NCBI GenBank assembly: GCA_964247055.1
Contig: OZ176053.1
Span: forward strand, 4,960,001 to 5,024,000
Source of the DNA: Paragordius varius
Lineage: Eukaryota > Animalia > Nematomorpha
Direction: 5' to 3'
DNA: 64,000 nt
Positions 13,600 through 27,300 of the stretch are shown piece by piece. Within the stretch, counting starts at the first letter, position 1. The number at the start of each line of letters is the position of its first letter. A model generated the notes under the pieces. That model had not been told where the DNA came from and made no database searches. It saw nothing but the letters and a program-made list of their open reading frames with translations. The position numbers were made by a program, and so were the translations under genes.

Positions 13600-15370
13600 G
13601 TATCCTGAATATATATACCATTTCCCAGTCAATCGAAACATTTTCCCAATCAATCGAAACGTTTTCCCAGTCAATAAAAACGTTTTTCCAGTCAATCGAA
13701 ACATTTTCCCAGTCAATAAAAACATTTTCCCAATCAATAAAAACGTTTTCCCAGTCAATAAAAACGGGTTTATTTTTGATGATAAATATCAAAACAAGAT
13801 TTAAATATAACTTTTAACCATTATCAACGTAATATTGGGATAATAAAAAACACAATATTGAATAACATTTTTTCCTAATATATTCCAATGCACAATCAAT
13901 TAGGACTTATCCTTTAAAAGTTGTATTAAATTATCTGGATGATTATTTTTTGGTATTTGAGATACTTTTTAGAAAATTTCTAATATTTTATGGATAGTTC
14001 GCATTCTAACTTATAAAATCTATAGTGGCGGGTGAAAAATAAAATAAATATATACCATTTTATCTCAAAGGTATTTAACATTTTATATTGGATCTTAAAC
14101 ATATTTACCCTAATTTATATAATATTTATCATCTGGTCCAGCGGTGGCCAAACGCGGGCCTTCGAGATTCTTTGGGCAGCTCGCGAAAAATTTGCCCATA
14201 TGCAAAATCATGCCCACAAAATCTTAGTAAAATTCATATTCCTTACGCAATTGTTCTGAATGAGTCTATTAAATTGGCAACGAATTGAAAAAAATTGTTA
14301 CATTGTGTTTGTATTTTACAGTTTGTCTAAAATCGATGCGGAACGCCGTGTTTTTTAAAAAATTGCGTCCAGCGAAGCCATTTGGTTGGGCACCCCAGTT
14401 TTAATCAAATATCATTTTTCATTAAATATTTTTAAATCAAAACATTTTTATCATTAGAATATTTTTTGTTTAATTATTTTTTTCCGACAGTATTTTTATC
14501 CACAAACTTGACATGTTTAAAAACCAATTTGAAATCTTAAATGACCTTTGAGATAAAAATGGTATATTTTTTTATTTATTTTCCAACCGCAACTATAGAT
14601 TTTATAAATTAACCCAAATAATGCGAACCATCGATAAAATAAAAATTATTTTATACCATTTACAGTTCAAATTCACCCTTTAACAATTCAAATTTACCCT
14701 CAAACTATTCAAATTCACCCTTGAACAATTCAAATTCACCATCGAACAATTCAAATTCACCCTAAAAATAAATTATGTGTTTTCGAACTAATAAAACTCA
14801 TTATCAATATAAAATATATCTTTATGGCATAATATTATTTTTCAGTATTATTTAATTTAAAACAAAATTTTATTTTTTAATAATATATTGAAATATAGGT
14901 AATTTTTAATCTTAAAAAACATGTTATTTATTTGAGGGTGAATTTGAATTGTTCGAGGGTGAATTTGAATTGTTCAAGGGTGAATTTGAATTGAAGGGTG
15001 AATTTGAATTGTTTAATTCGAACTGTAAATGGTATATATTTTCTAAAAAATATCTCAAATTCCAAAAAATCATCATTCAGATAATTAAATATAACTTTTA
15101 AATAATATACGTCATTGTTGATTGTACATTGGAATATATTAGGAAAAAGTGTCGTTCAATAATTGTCCTTTTTTAAAAAAATAATATCCCAATATTACGC
15201 TAATAATGGTTATAACTTATTTTTATATCATGTTTTGATATTTAGCATCAAAAATAGAACCGTTTTTATTGAATGGGAAACATTTTTATTGATTGGGAAA
15301 AGTTTTTATTGACTGGGAAAATGTTTTTATTGCTTGGGAAAAATTTTCGATTGATTGGGAAATCGTATAG
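13600..15370. repeat. Foldback-like nested inverted repeats with two families of 21 bp tandem subrepeats
   Basis: 13600-13985 is the inverse of 15040-15370 (21 bp TTTTCCCAGTCAATCGAAACA, 7 and 5 copies); 13985-14090 is the inverse of 14530-14640; 14650-14790 is the inverse of 14910-15040 (21 bp CAATTCAAATTCACCCTTGAA, ~5 and ~4 copies). Confidence 0.8.
14139..14398. mobile_element. hAT (Charlie-like) MITE nested in the foldback
   Basis: Ends CAGCGGTGGCCAAAC and GTTGGGCACCCCAG resemble CAGGGGTGGCCAAC-type TIRs; flanks do not form a TSD. Confidence 0.6.
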
Positions 15371-15509
15371 TAAAGGACCATTAATTCGGTAAAGGGGTTT
15401 CACAATATTGGAATTAACGTCAAATGAAATATCACAAGTGACTAAAAATTTCAGCTTTAACTTCATGAAAGAAATAATTTTATAGAATTGTGAGGTGTTG
15501 AGGTCACGT

Positions 15510-15975
15510 TAATCTAAAAATCCAAAGCGGAAGAAATCGTGTTTACCTTGCTTACCATTCCATCAACACCCAGGCCAAATTCGCGGGTAAGAAGCCCATT
15601 CTCTTGTGTGGTAAGAACAAAGCGTAATGGAATTTTATAAGCAAATCTATCGATACAAATAATTACTTTAAACCATGAATCAATCGAAAAATGACCTGGA
15701 TGGGCCAGAAGATATGCAAAGTGATTTCTTCATGACAATGATCGACAGCAAAACCAGTGACACCTTGAAATCACTTCATTTTAAAATTCTTTCGCAACTG
15801 TTGAACTCTACGCCATCTGACTAATATATTTTCGAATCAAGGATGCACGCTCTCGTAAAGCAGCACTTTAATAATTTCGAAATATGATTTTTTGTTAAAA
15901 ACACAACATGTTACAATCTGATATAGACAAATAAGAAAATTTTCAGATTCATCGAATGATGTAGAAAAAGTGTTT
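15510..15975 (+). pseudogene. Second mariner transposase remnant (C-terminal half)
   Basis: Fragments NPKRKKS, ILLCG, (F)LHDNDRQ and the YSP/SD-Y-FRS region, with stops and frameshifts. Confidence 0.65.
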
Positions 15976-16979
15976 AAAGGCCGTTTCTCCATACTTCAAA
16001 ATACCATGTAACTGGCCTCACCAAAATTGTGCTATAAATTAAATTTTAGGCAAAATATTTATTTTTTGGAAAATGTTAACATCTAGCATACATTTATAAT
16101 TTGCCTCGACATTTTTGCGTTTAGTTAGAAGACTTGTCCATTTTCGTCGGGGCCAAAAATTTGGGATTTTCGGACTTCATCTACATTTTATAAATATTAT
16201 TTTGTTTCTTATAACAGTTTATGATACTGTTTAATGATATTTTTTCGAAAAATTTAATGCAAAATGTATCCAAGTTTTGCCATTTTTTAATATAGAGCAG
16301 TCACTTTAAAAGTGAAAGGAACTTTTCTATGTCACCGCCCAAAAAGCACCATGAAAATCCTGATATTTTATCAAAATATTTTTAATTATATAAAAATTAT
16401 CCTAATAATATTCTTAAACGGTTAGTGTGGCTTAGATGAGTTAAGTTTAGAAGTTAACCGTTAATTCAAACTTATGGCATTAATTCTTAAGCTTCTATTT
16501 TGATAGAATTTTATTTTATTAAACTAAAAAAGAAATATTATTATACTATTAGGGCGCTTCTATATGCGTTGGAGAAATGATGTAAAATGTCTTAGAATCA
16601 AAAAGTTATTCATATACAATAGTAATACTCAAACCGCGGCTTCAGATGTAGTATTATACCGTAAATTATTCATTAAGTGAAAATTTTATCGGTAGTGTGG
16701 CCTTTAAGAAAAATATTTGTTTTGGCCCTTTGAAATTTTTTGGTGAGAGCAAATAAAATACATATTTATAATATGATTGCGTTCATTTGGTGACTAATTG
16801 TCGCATGATTCAATAATATTTTTTTTCAAAAACGGAATTTATATTAGGCCACTGCATAAGGGACACTATTACAGCCCCTATTATCTTAGTTTTTAATATC
16901 GTGAATGTATACAAATAAAAATTCTTAACGATATCCTAACTTTCAAAAAATCATTCCACCATATGTGAAAAAATGTTTT

Positions 16980-17435
16980 TTAAAACTTCGATTCAAATGG
17001 GCGTAACTAGCGACAAGACCATATTTAAATTAAAAAAAACTACAAAGGGACGATTCCACTTTATACTTCTATGCAAAAAAATTATATAAATAAAACAAAA
17101 TCTAAATATTTAGTTTTTAAAAGCTTGATATCAAACTACTTAACTCTATTTTTATTTTACAACATTTTCGAAAAATATCGTATATTTATGATTCTAACGT
17201 TAAAAAATCAATTTTTTTATTAAAGTGACATTTAAAATTATTATAAACAGAGAAAGTGGTTTATTTTGAAATATATTTGTACTATAAGTATCATAAGGTT
17301 TTTTGAATAAATATGTTTTCATGTTTCGGTGCATCAATGCCGTTTTTTCTAATAATTGATTTTAACAAGCCTGTCCCAAAGACCCCAATTTAAATCGAAT
17401 GATTGAAATAAATTTGTTGATCCAAGTGTAATGGA
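16980..17435 (+). mobile_element. Degenerate copy of the piggyBac-like MITE
   Basis: Starts ACTTCGATTCAAATGGG; internal AAAAAACTAC...TATACTTCTAT; ends CCCCAATTTAAATCGAA...GATCCAAGTGTAA. Collinear with 62961-63550. Confidence 0.6.
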
Positions 17436-17964
17436 AAAAAGCAAATAATTTTTGCCCACAAATCTCCTTTAATCATATATTATAATTTAATTTAATATCT
17501 TGATTATAATGATACATAATATCAAATAATAGATAAAAAGATATTTTCTCGGCTAAAACATAATTAATAGTGTTTAAAAACGACTTTACATTAAACTTAC
17601 TTATACATATAAGAAATTGACAACATCCATAATTTATTATAATCAAAATGTAAAATAATTTTTTTTAATTTTACATAAATAATATATCTAATTCCAATAT
17701 TTATAGATTTAAATGCTGTTTTATTTGCTATAATGAGCTATAAAAGGTTGGCTCCAGTTATCCCTATTTGAATCAAAGTGTTTAATTACTCAAATATATA
17801 ATATACTCCCATACGCGTTAACAATTGTTGAGTTTGTATATTTATAGAAAAAGTGTCAATCTTAGGAAATAAAGTTGTTGATAGTAAAAGTAATGTAACT
17901 TTGACGATAATACCGCGACAAAAAGGGTTATGAACAAATAGTTTGTGAAATACTTCGTTAAATA

Positions 17965-19689
17965 ACACTAGTCGACAAATTTGGATTCGAGCACCACCAC
18001 TCAAAATTTTAAATTTTGACTAATTTCAGTTTGCTATAACCGAATCTAAATTTGACCCCCTCAATCAGTATTTTGAGAAATTAAATTTTCGTTTCATAAA
18101 GCAACCTGTTGCTTGATTGAAAGTACTATGACTTTTAATTGCAAAGGTAGGCTAGGAAAATAATCTCCACAACATGTTTTATATTTAATATAAAGATGGC
18201 GTTTTTTCCTTAGAAAAGAAATTTTATAACGACAAATTGACAGATAATCCAATATAGCTTTATAGTAAAAAGTTAATTTTATAAAATTATATCATTTTAT
18301 AGAGCGTTTATAACTCTATCTTTTAAATTTTGATATGTCATTTAAGGCAGAAAAAATAGTACGAGTATAAACATTAAATTTTAGTGTTTTTTTAAAGTTA
18401 ATTTTGAACACGTATAAATTTTTATCAAAAAATACTAAAAGAGGCTGTTTGTGGTTTAAACCTTCGGCTTTCACATAAGTTATATTTATCTAGTTGGTCT
18501 TGGTTATTTTTAGTACTTAATAAAGTTTTTCTCTTCGGTTGATTTTTACAAAAAACCCTGTGAATTATACTTAGTGGATATTATTTATTTTGAAACCGAT
18601 TGGATGCGGTATATTTTGAATTTCAGATGGATGTTGGGCAGCCACTTTTAATACCTGGATGGTAGATATCTTGCCATACTTATGGGCTCTAATAGGACCA
18701 CTTGTACTAATCTAATCTTCTTATCCAACTTAATGGTCGAATCTGTCTAACTCTTTTCAGTGAATCGGTTAATTGAAATGTCAATTTCCCTGGATTTTGC
18801 TAACGTTAACTACGTTATATTCTCTGCTGGTCTCACCTACCGGGCTATTGCCAAATCTGGCATAATTTTAGGATTGCTTGGGGGATTTTTGCAGAGTATG
18901 TGCAAGCCGCCCGGATCTATCCCACCATACATAGCCCTTATTTTAATATTTTTGATTTTCAATACTTTGGTTAGTTTTTAAAGTTAATTCTACATTCTTA
19001 AAGTTTATCCTCTTTTATTAAATACATAGAATTTTTAATTAATATATAATAAAAAAATATACAGTTTAGAGTCTCTTTTTTCTTTCACTTGTCAAGGCTT
19101 TAATCGCCTGCCCAGGGCTTACAGGATGGAAAAAGCGTAGTTTCGGAGTTCGAACTCTGGCACGCAGTGTAATAGTCCGGCGCCTTATATTCAATAAATT
19201 AAATATTTATTTATTATATATTATCTATTTCCATGTCGAATAACAAGCCAGCTCGATATGACATATTTCTCGTGCAAAAGATAAAAACCTTCAGCAGCGA
19301 TTTTAAGCAGTTTATATTTTCTAATATATAGATCGAAGGCATTTTTAGTTAAATTTTATTATATGAATTATCAATAACATTTTATGTAGAGTCTTCGTAA
19401 AAAAATCTTCTGTGGTGTCGTATACTAGGGCTGGTATATTTAGATCATTTTGGTATTTTCGTTATAAAATTATTATGAAATTCCTGGCTCTGGAATACCA
19501 CTTGTATCGACATACTCAATTAAATATATAAATATATGTACAAGAGGAATAATTGTTTTATTAAATACAAAATAAAAAATTAATTTTTAAAATATATTGG
19601 CGGCCTCAATTTTTTGTTATGGCCTTTGCATGTAATTAGGTATAAAAAAATGAAAAAATGGGGTGGTGCAAATCCTTGTTGAGCAGTGC
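17965..19689 (+). mobile_element. TA-flanked non-autonomous Tc1/mariner-type element, copy 1 (contains a SINE insertion)
   Basis: TA|ACACTAGTCGACAA..GGATT..GCACCACC at the left, and GGTGGTGCAAATCCTTGTTGAGCAGTGC|TA at the right. Collinear with 57451-58885. Non-coding. Confidence 0.8.
19085..19190 (-). mobile_element. tRNA-derived SINE fragment inserted in the Tc1-like element
   Basis: Minus strand GGACTATTACACTGCGTGCCAGAGTTCGAACTCCGAAACTACGC matches 2539-2579; the segment is absent from copy 2 of the host element. Confidence 0.65.
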
Positions 19690-20419
19690 TATAAAACACC
19701 TTTTTTGCCATAATGTGGGAGAAACAGAGATACAATTTTTGAAATTGATTGGTTAGCCAAATCGAAAAGCGTATATCTGAGCATTAATTGAAAATGATTG
19801 TATTGATACTTTTCAAGTCATATAATTAATATAATTTATTTAGATATTTTTGAGGTATTTCACAAAAAAAAATAAAATAATAATAAAAATAATACCTAAA
19901 AAATATTTTTAGGTTGTATTTGAAACGTTTAAAGATAAGTGTCAAGTCCATTTAGAATGTTATATGGTTAACATAAACTGTTTATGGGAATATAAATTAA
20001 GGGTAAATAAGAAATGCTCACTAATTTATATGGGTAAATTCAAAGTGGAAATGGCATCCTGATGTTTGCAAAACAAATTTCATGTAAAAGGAGACAAGAT
20101 TTAATTGTAATAAATAATTCATAAATTTTCATTTTTTTAGATAGATTAACATTATGCAAGGATTTTTTTCTATAATAAGGATAAATGAAATTAAAATTAA
20201 TACCCTTTGTTTTCCATTTACTGTAATTCGTAATTTCTCAATTAATCTTTAAATCTATAATAAGTTATAAACTAGTAATATTTTTTAAAAAAACATTATC
20301 ACAATATTTTTTTTATAGAATAACAACCGATCCTCATAAAATTACATCATACAAAAAAATAATTTATTTAAATTTAAAATATCGTATAAATAAATAATTT
20401 AAATAAATTAGGTAAATTA

Positions 20420-20735
20420 ACTAGAGTTTAATTTGCGTTGAAGATTTAGAGCATATTCCTAAAATAGAAAAATTTATACATGGTCAGATAAACAATCCTT
20501 TTTATCTTTTTTATTATCAGAAATAAAATTCTTGGACATCATCTTTGCTAACTTGATATCTTTTTGCAGTATTCCAGATATTTTTTTATTACTTTCTTTT
20601 AAACACTGAAACTCGTGTGATTGCATTTTATGCGCCAGAGATTCATCTTCTTTTAAAGTCCACTCCCGAAAAACTAAAAATTAAATTTTTTTTACCTTTA
20701 CGATAATCAGTTGGGGTTACATCATCAGGGTTCAT
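20420..20735 (-). CDS. CCDC50: CCDC50-like protein, N-terminal exons (3' end not resolved)
   Basis: ATG at 20735; exons 20696-20735, 20480-20673 and 20458 to ~20422, joined by 22 nt and 21 nt GT-AG introns. Gives MNPDDVTPTDYRKVFREWTLKEDESLAHKMQSHEFQCLKESNKKISGILQKDIKLAKMM...LSDHEYALNLQRKLN, resembling CCDC50 [22 protein letters not shown]...LVQHDLQVAK (recalled, not searched). Confidence 0.65.
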
Positions 20736-23700
20736 GTGTTGGCATGAAACTCAACTGTTTCATCAGATTTATAATAGAAAATTATTGAGTGCACAAAATC
20801 GGGTAACACTAAAAATATTATTTTGGATCGAAAAAGGCATAAATCCAGCTTTTGTTTAACAACCTTACGTTTAATTAGAGAAGGTTATCGATACTTTTGT
20901 GGTAACTTAACTACGAAAAAATAAAAAAATGATAAAGCTATATGCTCCATCAAAAAATTTGTAATGTTAAAAAAACCATTTAAACCAAAATAATTTACAA
21001 TTTTTAAATGTAGCGCTTTAAAAGTTTAAAATTTGTCCCTTCTTACTAAATTGCGGGTATGAATACAATAGTTAAACCACAGAGCTTAACCGTGTAAAAA
21101 GCTACTATTTTAAAACTCACCTTTATTAAAAAATTTTCATTAAACATTATTCTTCTTTATTACATTAAAAATGATGTGTTCCTGCAGTTTTTTGCTATAT
21201 AATTGATGTAGATTCAAAACCTGATTTGACCAATCCGATTTTATAATAAATAAATATTAACATTTTTAGGCTAAAATATTCTTAAAATCTTCATAGATTT
21301 ATTTGCCTGTTTATTCAAAATCAGAAAGCGACTAAAAAAGTTGATATAAAGCTTTTTTATAAATTTTTTATAAAAATATATTGACTTAAGCGTCAATAAA
21401 ACTTAAGATGTGGCTTAATTACAAATTTTAGAGATATTTACTTCCAAAAAGTAATTATTTTGGCCCTTGCGAGTGATTTAACACTTTAATGGTAGCTTTA
21501 TACCCCACGATTTGAAAATTGAGTATCTTTAAATGTGTTCTCTATTATGCCAAAATCAAAAATATGCTTTTAGTAATTTATGCGCATTTTTCAAACAATA
21601 TTTTTTAAAAAATGTAATATTGTAATTATTTAAATAGCTAATGCAACAGACATGTATATTATGGTTAGAAAGTGTTAATAATTAACTTTAAACAGCTTTA
21701 GGCTTCATTTTAAAAGCAAAAACTTTATCTATTCTGATTCAAATATCAGCTGAATGTTAAATCGTGTTTTGAAGCTGTCCCAATTTTGGCTAGAAATTAC
21801 AACACTGTAAAAAATAAGGTTTTTGATTAACACATGAAAATATTTGATAATTGAGTTTCAACTAAAACAACTTTTAACTCTTTACATTATTTACGAAATC
21901 GCGCTCTGGGATATAAAGCTACCCCAAAATGTTAAATAAGACAAAAAAATGTAAATGTCATGAAGTTTTCCGCGATGAAAGAATAGGGCTAAATCTTGTA
22001 AAGACTTGTTTTGAAAGTTGTTTTACATAATAAATTATCAAATATTCTGTCCTGTATTAAAAAAAGCAAAAATTTTGAACAGCTTAACTTTTGGAGTCTA
22101 AAATTGGGGCATCTCCAAACCCTCTAGAAATAAGCTGATTTCAAAAAAAATGTGTAACCTGAAAGCTTATACTGAAGTTATTTAAGCATTTTCTAACCGT
22201 AATATACATTGTTTATTATATTAGGGATTTATAAACTTTTTTAAAAAAACGGCGGTGCAAAAGTTTGAGATGAGGATTTTTTTAATTTCAGAATTAAATA
22301 AATTTAAAACCTATGCCTTAAAAGTTAGAGAAATCTTTTTAATTCGGCCTAATACACTAAATACTTATTAAAGTATTTAAATTTTAAATGATTCTAAAAT
22401 AAAATTTTCCTAAAGGTTATGGAGATTAAGAAAGTTATTTTTTTGTAATAACTGTTCCATGTTCGAAAATGGCAAAATTTGTTTTTTTCAATAATTTATA
22501 TTGGTTAAAGCTAAATACCTTATTCCGAAAATATCACTAAATATCATGAACTATATATATAAAAGCAAAAAATTATTTTATATTTAAATTTTGGATGTGG
22601 GCTTCCAAATGTCCCAAATATTTCCATTAAAAATCGGCTTATCTCTACAAAGGTGAAAATTCCGAGATTTAGGGATAATTTATTTTATAAATGTTGGATT
22701 ATGGCATAAAAAAAGACATATTTTTGACAAATGCATATTGTGTTAAAAATTTATTTTTATCAAAAGTTTACTGAAGTTTACTTCGTATTATATATCTTTT
22801 ATTCGTTATTGATTTTTTTCCATTATGAAAATTTTGATAGGGAGTTGGCGCAGATTTACGAACCTTTGCAACGAATTGTGGTGTTTTATCTTTCGAGTAA
22901 ACTTTTTTCTGTCTTTGCCTTTCACTTTCATTCTTGTATTTAACACTTGCATCAGCTGTTTTAGATTGCTTTCCTCCTTTAGCAAACTATGTAAATAAAC
23001 TAAAGGATTATTATTAATAATAATATGTCTATAAAGAATATAAATTATTCCTTTTATTCATCTTATACTAATTTTTTAAACAATTTTGTTAAGCGTCATA
23101 TCGATATTTTATTTTAAAAATTTACCCATAAAATTACATTAATATTACTAAGGGCCAACAAACAAATGTGTTTGAAATTTAATTATCTGTAAAAGTCTAA
23201 AATGATGTTTCATTCATTTAGTTGTTTCCTAGATGAAAACAATTTTGATGAAATAATTTATTTTTGTATTTTATGTATGCAACCTTTTCATTGGGTTTCA
23301 TCACAGGCTCAGATATTCGACTCTAAGCCTATATTTTTAAGTAATTGTTGGTCTATTTGTTTTTCAAATCGGCCTTCCACCGTTTAAAAGTTATATATAT
23401 GGATTCCAAATTTTTCGAAACCTGTCGATTATAATTCTCTATCAGTTTGCTTATTTGGGCTTCTTGATGTAAAATCTCCTCAAAATGAAGCGACCTATAT
23501 TTTTCTATGTGAAAATATGGCGGTTTCATGTAATATACAGAGACCAGGTTTTATCTTTTGCCAAGTTCAAATGGATTGTAGATAGTAAAACTGTCATTTT
23601 GTCGATACATTTTGATTGACGGTTTGTCCTTGTTTTTTCCTCTCAAAGATTGATTATCTTCATTTCCGTTTTCGCTCGGATCTTTATTGGGTGAATTATT

Positions 23701-24373
23701 TGTTGACTTATTATTCACACATTATACATAATTGTCTAGCCATATACTTATTCGTGTTTGTTTGGTAAGATAGGCGATTATCTGTTGCATTTTCCCGATT
23801 TCAGTTTTGAACAACAAGCTTGTGTATAAACCATTTTTAATTTTTATTAGTATCGGGTAATTGTGTATGGAGGGAATTAGTATTAACGGCATTTTGCGAA
23901 TAATTTGTGCAATGTTTTCTCGGGTTTTTACGTCCTTTTCATTTAGGACTTCAGTTCCAAAATATTTACTATGTCAGTTTTAGTGTCATCAATTGTTTTA
24001 GATAATGCATTGTTAACTCTATTGAATTCATTCTGATAATTGTTGTTAGTCAAATAGAAATTAGCGGCGGTTGAGTAAGGTTGGAAAATGTATATCATTG
24101 TATTTAGTTGAAAAAGTGATGAAACATTTTGTGGCGGAAATGAAATTTTGAAAATATGAATTTTTTTCATGCAACATAAATAGTGCTACACAAGTACTAC
24201 ATTAGTTGAAGGGTTTACAGCAAGTTTGGCAAATATAAATCTCATTATTGTTCAATCCGTCTAAGTAATATGGAATAATAATATATATTTTATGACGATC
24301 ATTTTGATAAATTAATAAAACTCAATTTATTGAATAAATAGAAAAATTATGAAAAAAAAGTTTAATAGCGTTT

Positions 24374-27300
24374 TTAATGTGCATATAATTTTGGTAAAAT
24401 GTGTTGATTTTGCTTTTTGCGCTGCTCAGCCATCCATTCTCCAAATTTTCTAAGTTGTTCGTCGCGTTTTTTGTCCTGTATACGGAAATATATAAAATTA
24501 TTAAATATTAATAAATATATATTACATTAAATATATAAATTTCATAAAATATATTTACCAGAAAATTGATGTATAATGACGCCGGTATCCATATAAAAGT
24601 TGTGAGAACTATAATCGTTCCTACCAAGTTATCTGCCATCAATTTTTCTATAACAACAGTTTTTCATTAAAGGTTATAATATATATAATATAAAGGTTAG
24701 TAATATAATGTTTAGTATAAGCTAATTACTGAAATCATTGATATTGATATTTTCAACATATTGCCAAATCCGTTGAATTTTGTCCGTTAACTCTACTTCA
24801 CATTTTCCCTTAAAAAATAATAAATTTCGAATTTTATAGGTATATGAAATATCAAATTAGATAAAAAAGTACACCTAAATAATATAAATATATTTCCAAA
24901 AATACAGTCCAAACCTTTTTACTACAGTATCCATAATTACAAGGTTCTCCTTCATCCAAAACAATATATTGGGTTTGGGATGATTCTGATTGTATAAATG
25001 GTTGACATTCGGTTGTCTTTGTGCTCTTAATAGGTTTGCAGCAAAGGTAACATGATTTATCTGTAGGGGTTATGTGAGAATAAATATATAAACACCCATA
25101 AGCCATATTTATCCGCAACAAAAAAAATACCTTAGAAAAAAAATTACAAACCTTTCCATGTATTTCTGTATAAGGAAAAAGCATTCAATTATTCCCAGAG
25201 CTTAAATCAAATGGACCTTAAGACAAAAATTTATTAATATCTCATATAGAATCAATTCCTCTTTATGAAAATAGAGCCTCAATAGTACGCCCGATAAGAG
25301 ACACAGACTTTCAGACAAATACTCGCCTGCACCAAAGGTTTGTGCTTATATTTTTAGTCATTTTAATATTAGACTATACAAAAAACATTTCTATCAAACC
25401 GCCGTGTGAGTGTTTTTTGGGGTTTTTTTTAATCGACACCTTACTATATATAAATAAATTTATGAAAGAACTACCTCGAGAACCATGGATTAAAATTAAA
25501 TTTCAATAAGTTAGATATAATGTATCAGAATATTGTACATACGCCCCTAAATGCGCCATATGCGACAAAGAAGCCAAACCAAATTCAAAAAACACAATAA
25601 TACTAGCTCTACAAACTTTGTCTCGTCACTGGTACATTAATTGAAATAAATTTTAAATGCAACAACTGTAAAAATAATAATCCAACCTAATGCTCTAATC
25701 GACGACATTCCAACAGCAAAAGTAGACCACTTCATTTATCTTGGAGTCGTCCTAAAAGGTGATATCACTAATAAAAATACAAATTCAGCAAGCATGGGAA
25801 TAAGACACATAAAATTTGCCCTTAAACTATTGTCAATAATAAATGGTTAATACAAAACAGAAGTCAAGCCTGCTCTTACCTATACCACAGAAACATAACC
25901 CCTAAACTATCTTGCCAAAATCATTTATACTGATAATACAATATTCAAAGCTTGCTTTTCTGATAGCAATATTACAATTCAACACAAAAATGATACTGTA
26001 TAGAACGTTGAAAAAAGGAATAGACTCAAATATTTAAGTCAAGAGCGACGACTAACCGATAACCCAATCCAAACTATTAATCATATTCAACCGTTTGAAA
26101 ACAACACAAAGGACGCCCGATGCACACCTGAAACCCCAACATCGAACATGAAAATATGTGACAACTAAATGATGTTTTAAACATCTAATATTTATCGCTT
26201 TATTTCACAAAATAAATAAATTATCCGTAAGAATACTGTAATTTCAAATATAAAAGAGAAACAGCATGTAAAATAAAAGACTAATATGTATTTTTTATTA
26301 ATAAAACAACGTTTAATCGTTTTATCTATCTAATAAAATTATAGAAATCGTGATTGAGCGTGTAGTTACATTCCTATTCTTTATTCCTCGATCAATACAT
26401 AAGTTATATTAAAAATTAAGGAAAAATTTATTTATATAAAAAATATGAACTTTTGCTATATATGTTTTGTGATGATTGTACTAATTTATATTTTACTGTA
26501 ATTATTCTTGTCCTAGAAAACCAATTTATTTAACGCTAAAAAATTTTATATATACATTTAAAATATACCAATTTCCCTGCATATACACGGAGTTAGTCCA
26601 TGAGATTCACAATGTGAAATACATTTTCCAGAGCCATCACACATCCCCCGTGCTGAAAAAGTTTTGCAAAGGCTTGTTTGGTTTTCAAAATTAAAGAAAG
26701 TATTAAAAAAAGTTAGGGGAGATCCAACATCGTATACGAAAGATTGGCTTTTATTATAAAAAGCTTGAGCATATAGCAATCCTTTTGTTAAAGATAGCGA
26801 ATACTTGCCCACATATTGTTTTTCAAAGCCAGATTTTTTCAACACATCAACCAAATTTTGATTTGGATTATAATCGATGTAAAGGCTGTGTGGCATAACT
26901 TTTTCCACAGTAATACTGTTAGTGTTAGGACGAGAAGAAATTGTTTGATTTAGAGATACGAAATACAGGTAAATGATAGGACAATTTACATTTTTGCCAT
27001 TACAAGGTATGGGTGATGCTGTGAAACAGTCGAAATCCAAAGAATAAGGAGTAAAATCTAAAACACATTTGTTTTTATCACAAAATAAAAAAACAGCAAT
27101 AAAATAACATTTTTAAAAAATCAATTTTATCTTTTTATTATTTTAATTATTATGCTTGATGCAAAAAGTTACATAACTGGAAAGATATCAAAAACCGATT
27201 TAAACTATCAAGTTAACAACAAACATTAATATTTTATAAAAACTTGTAAATAAAAATACCCATGCTTTTGTCTTTTATACCAACTAAAGCTGAAAAAATT

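Noticed and set aside
13571-13804. ORFs with FIDWENV / FPVNKNI repeats (also 15266-15466)
   Set aside because: By-product of a 21 bp (3n) tandem repeat that also occurs inverted nearby; no gene context.
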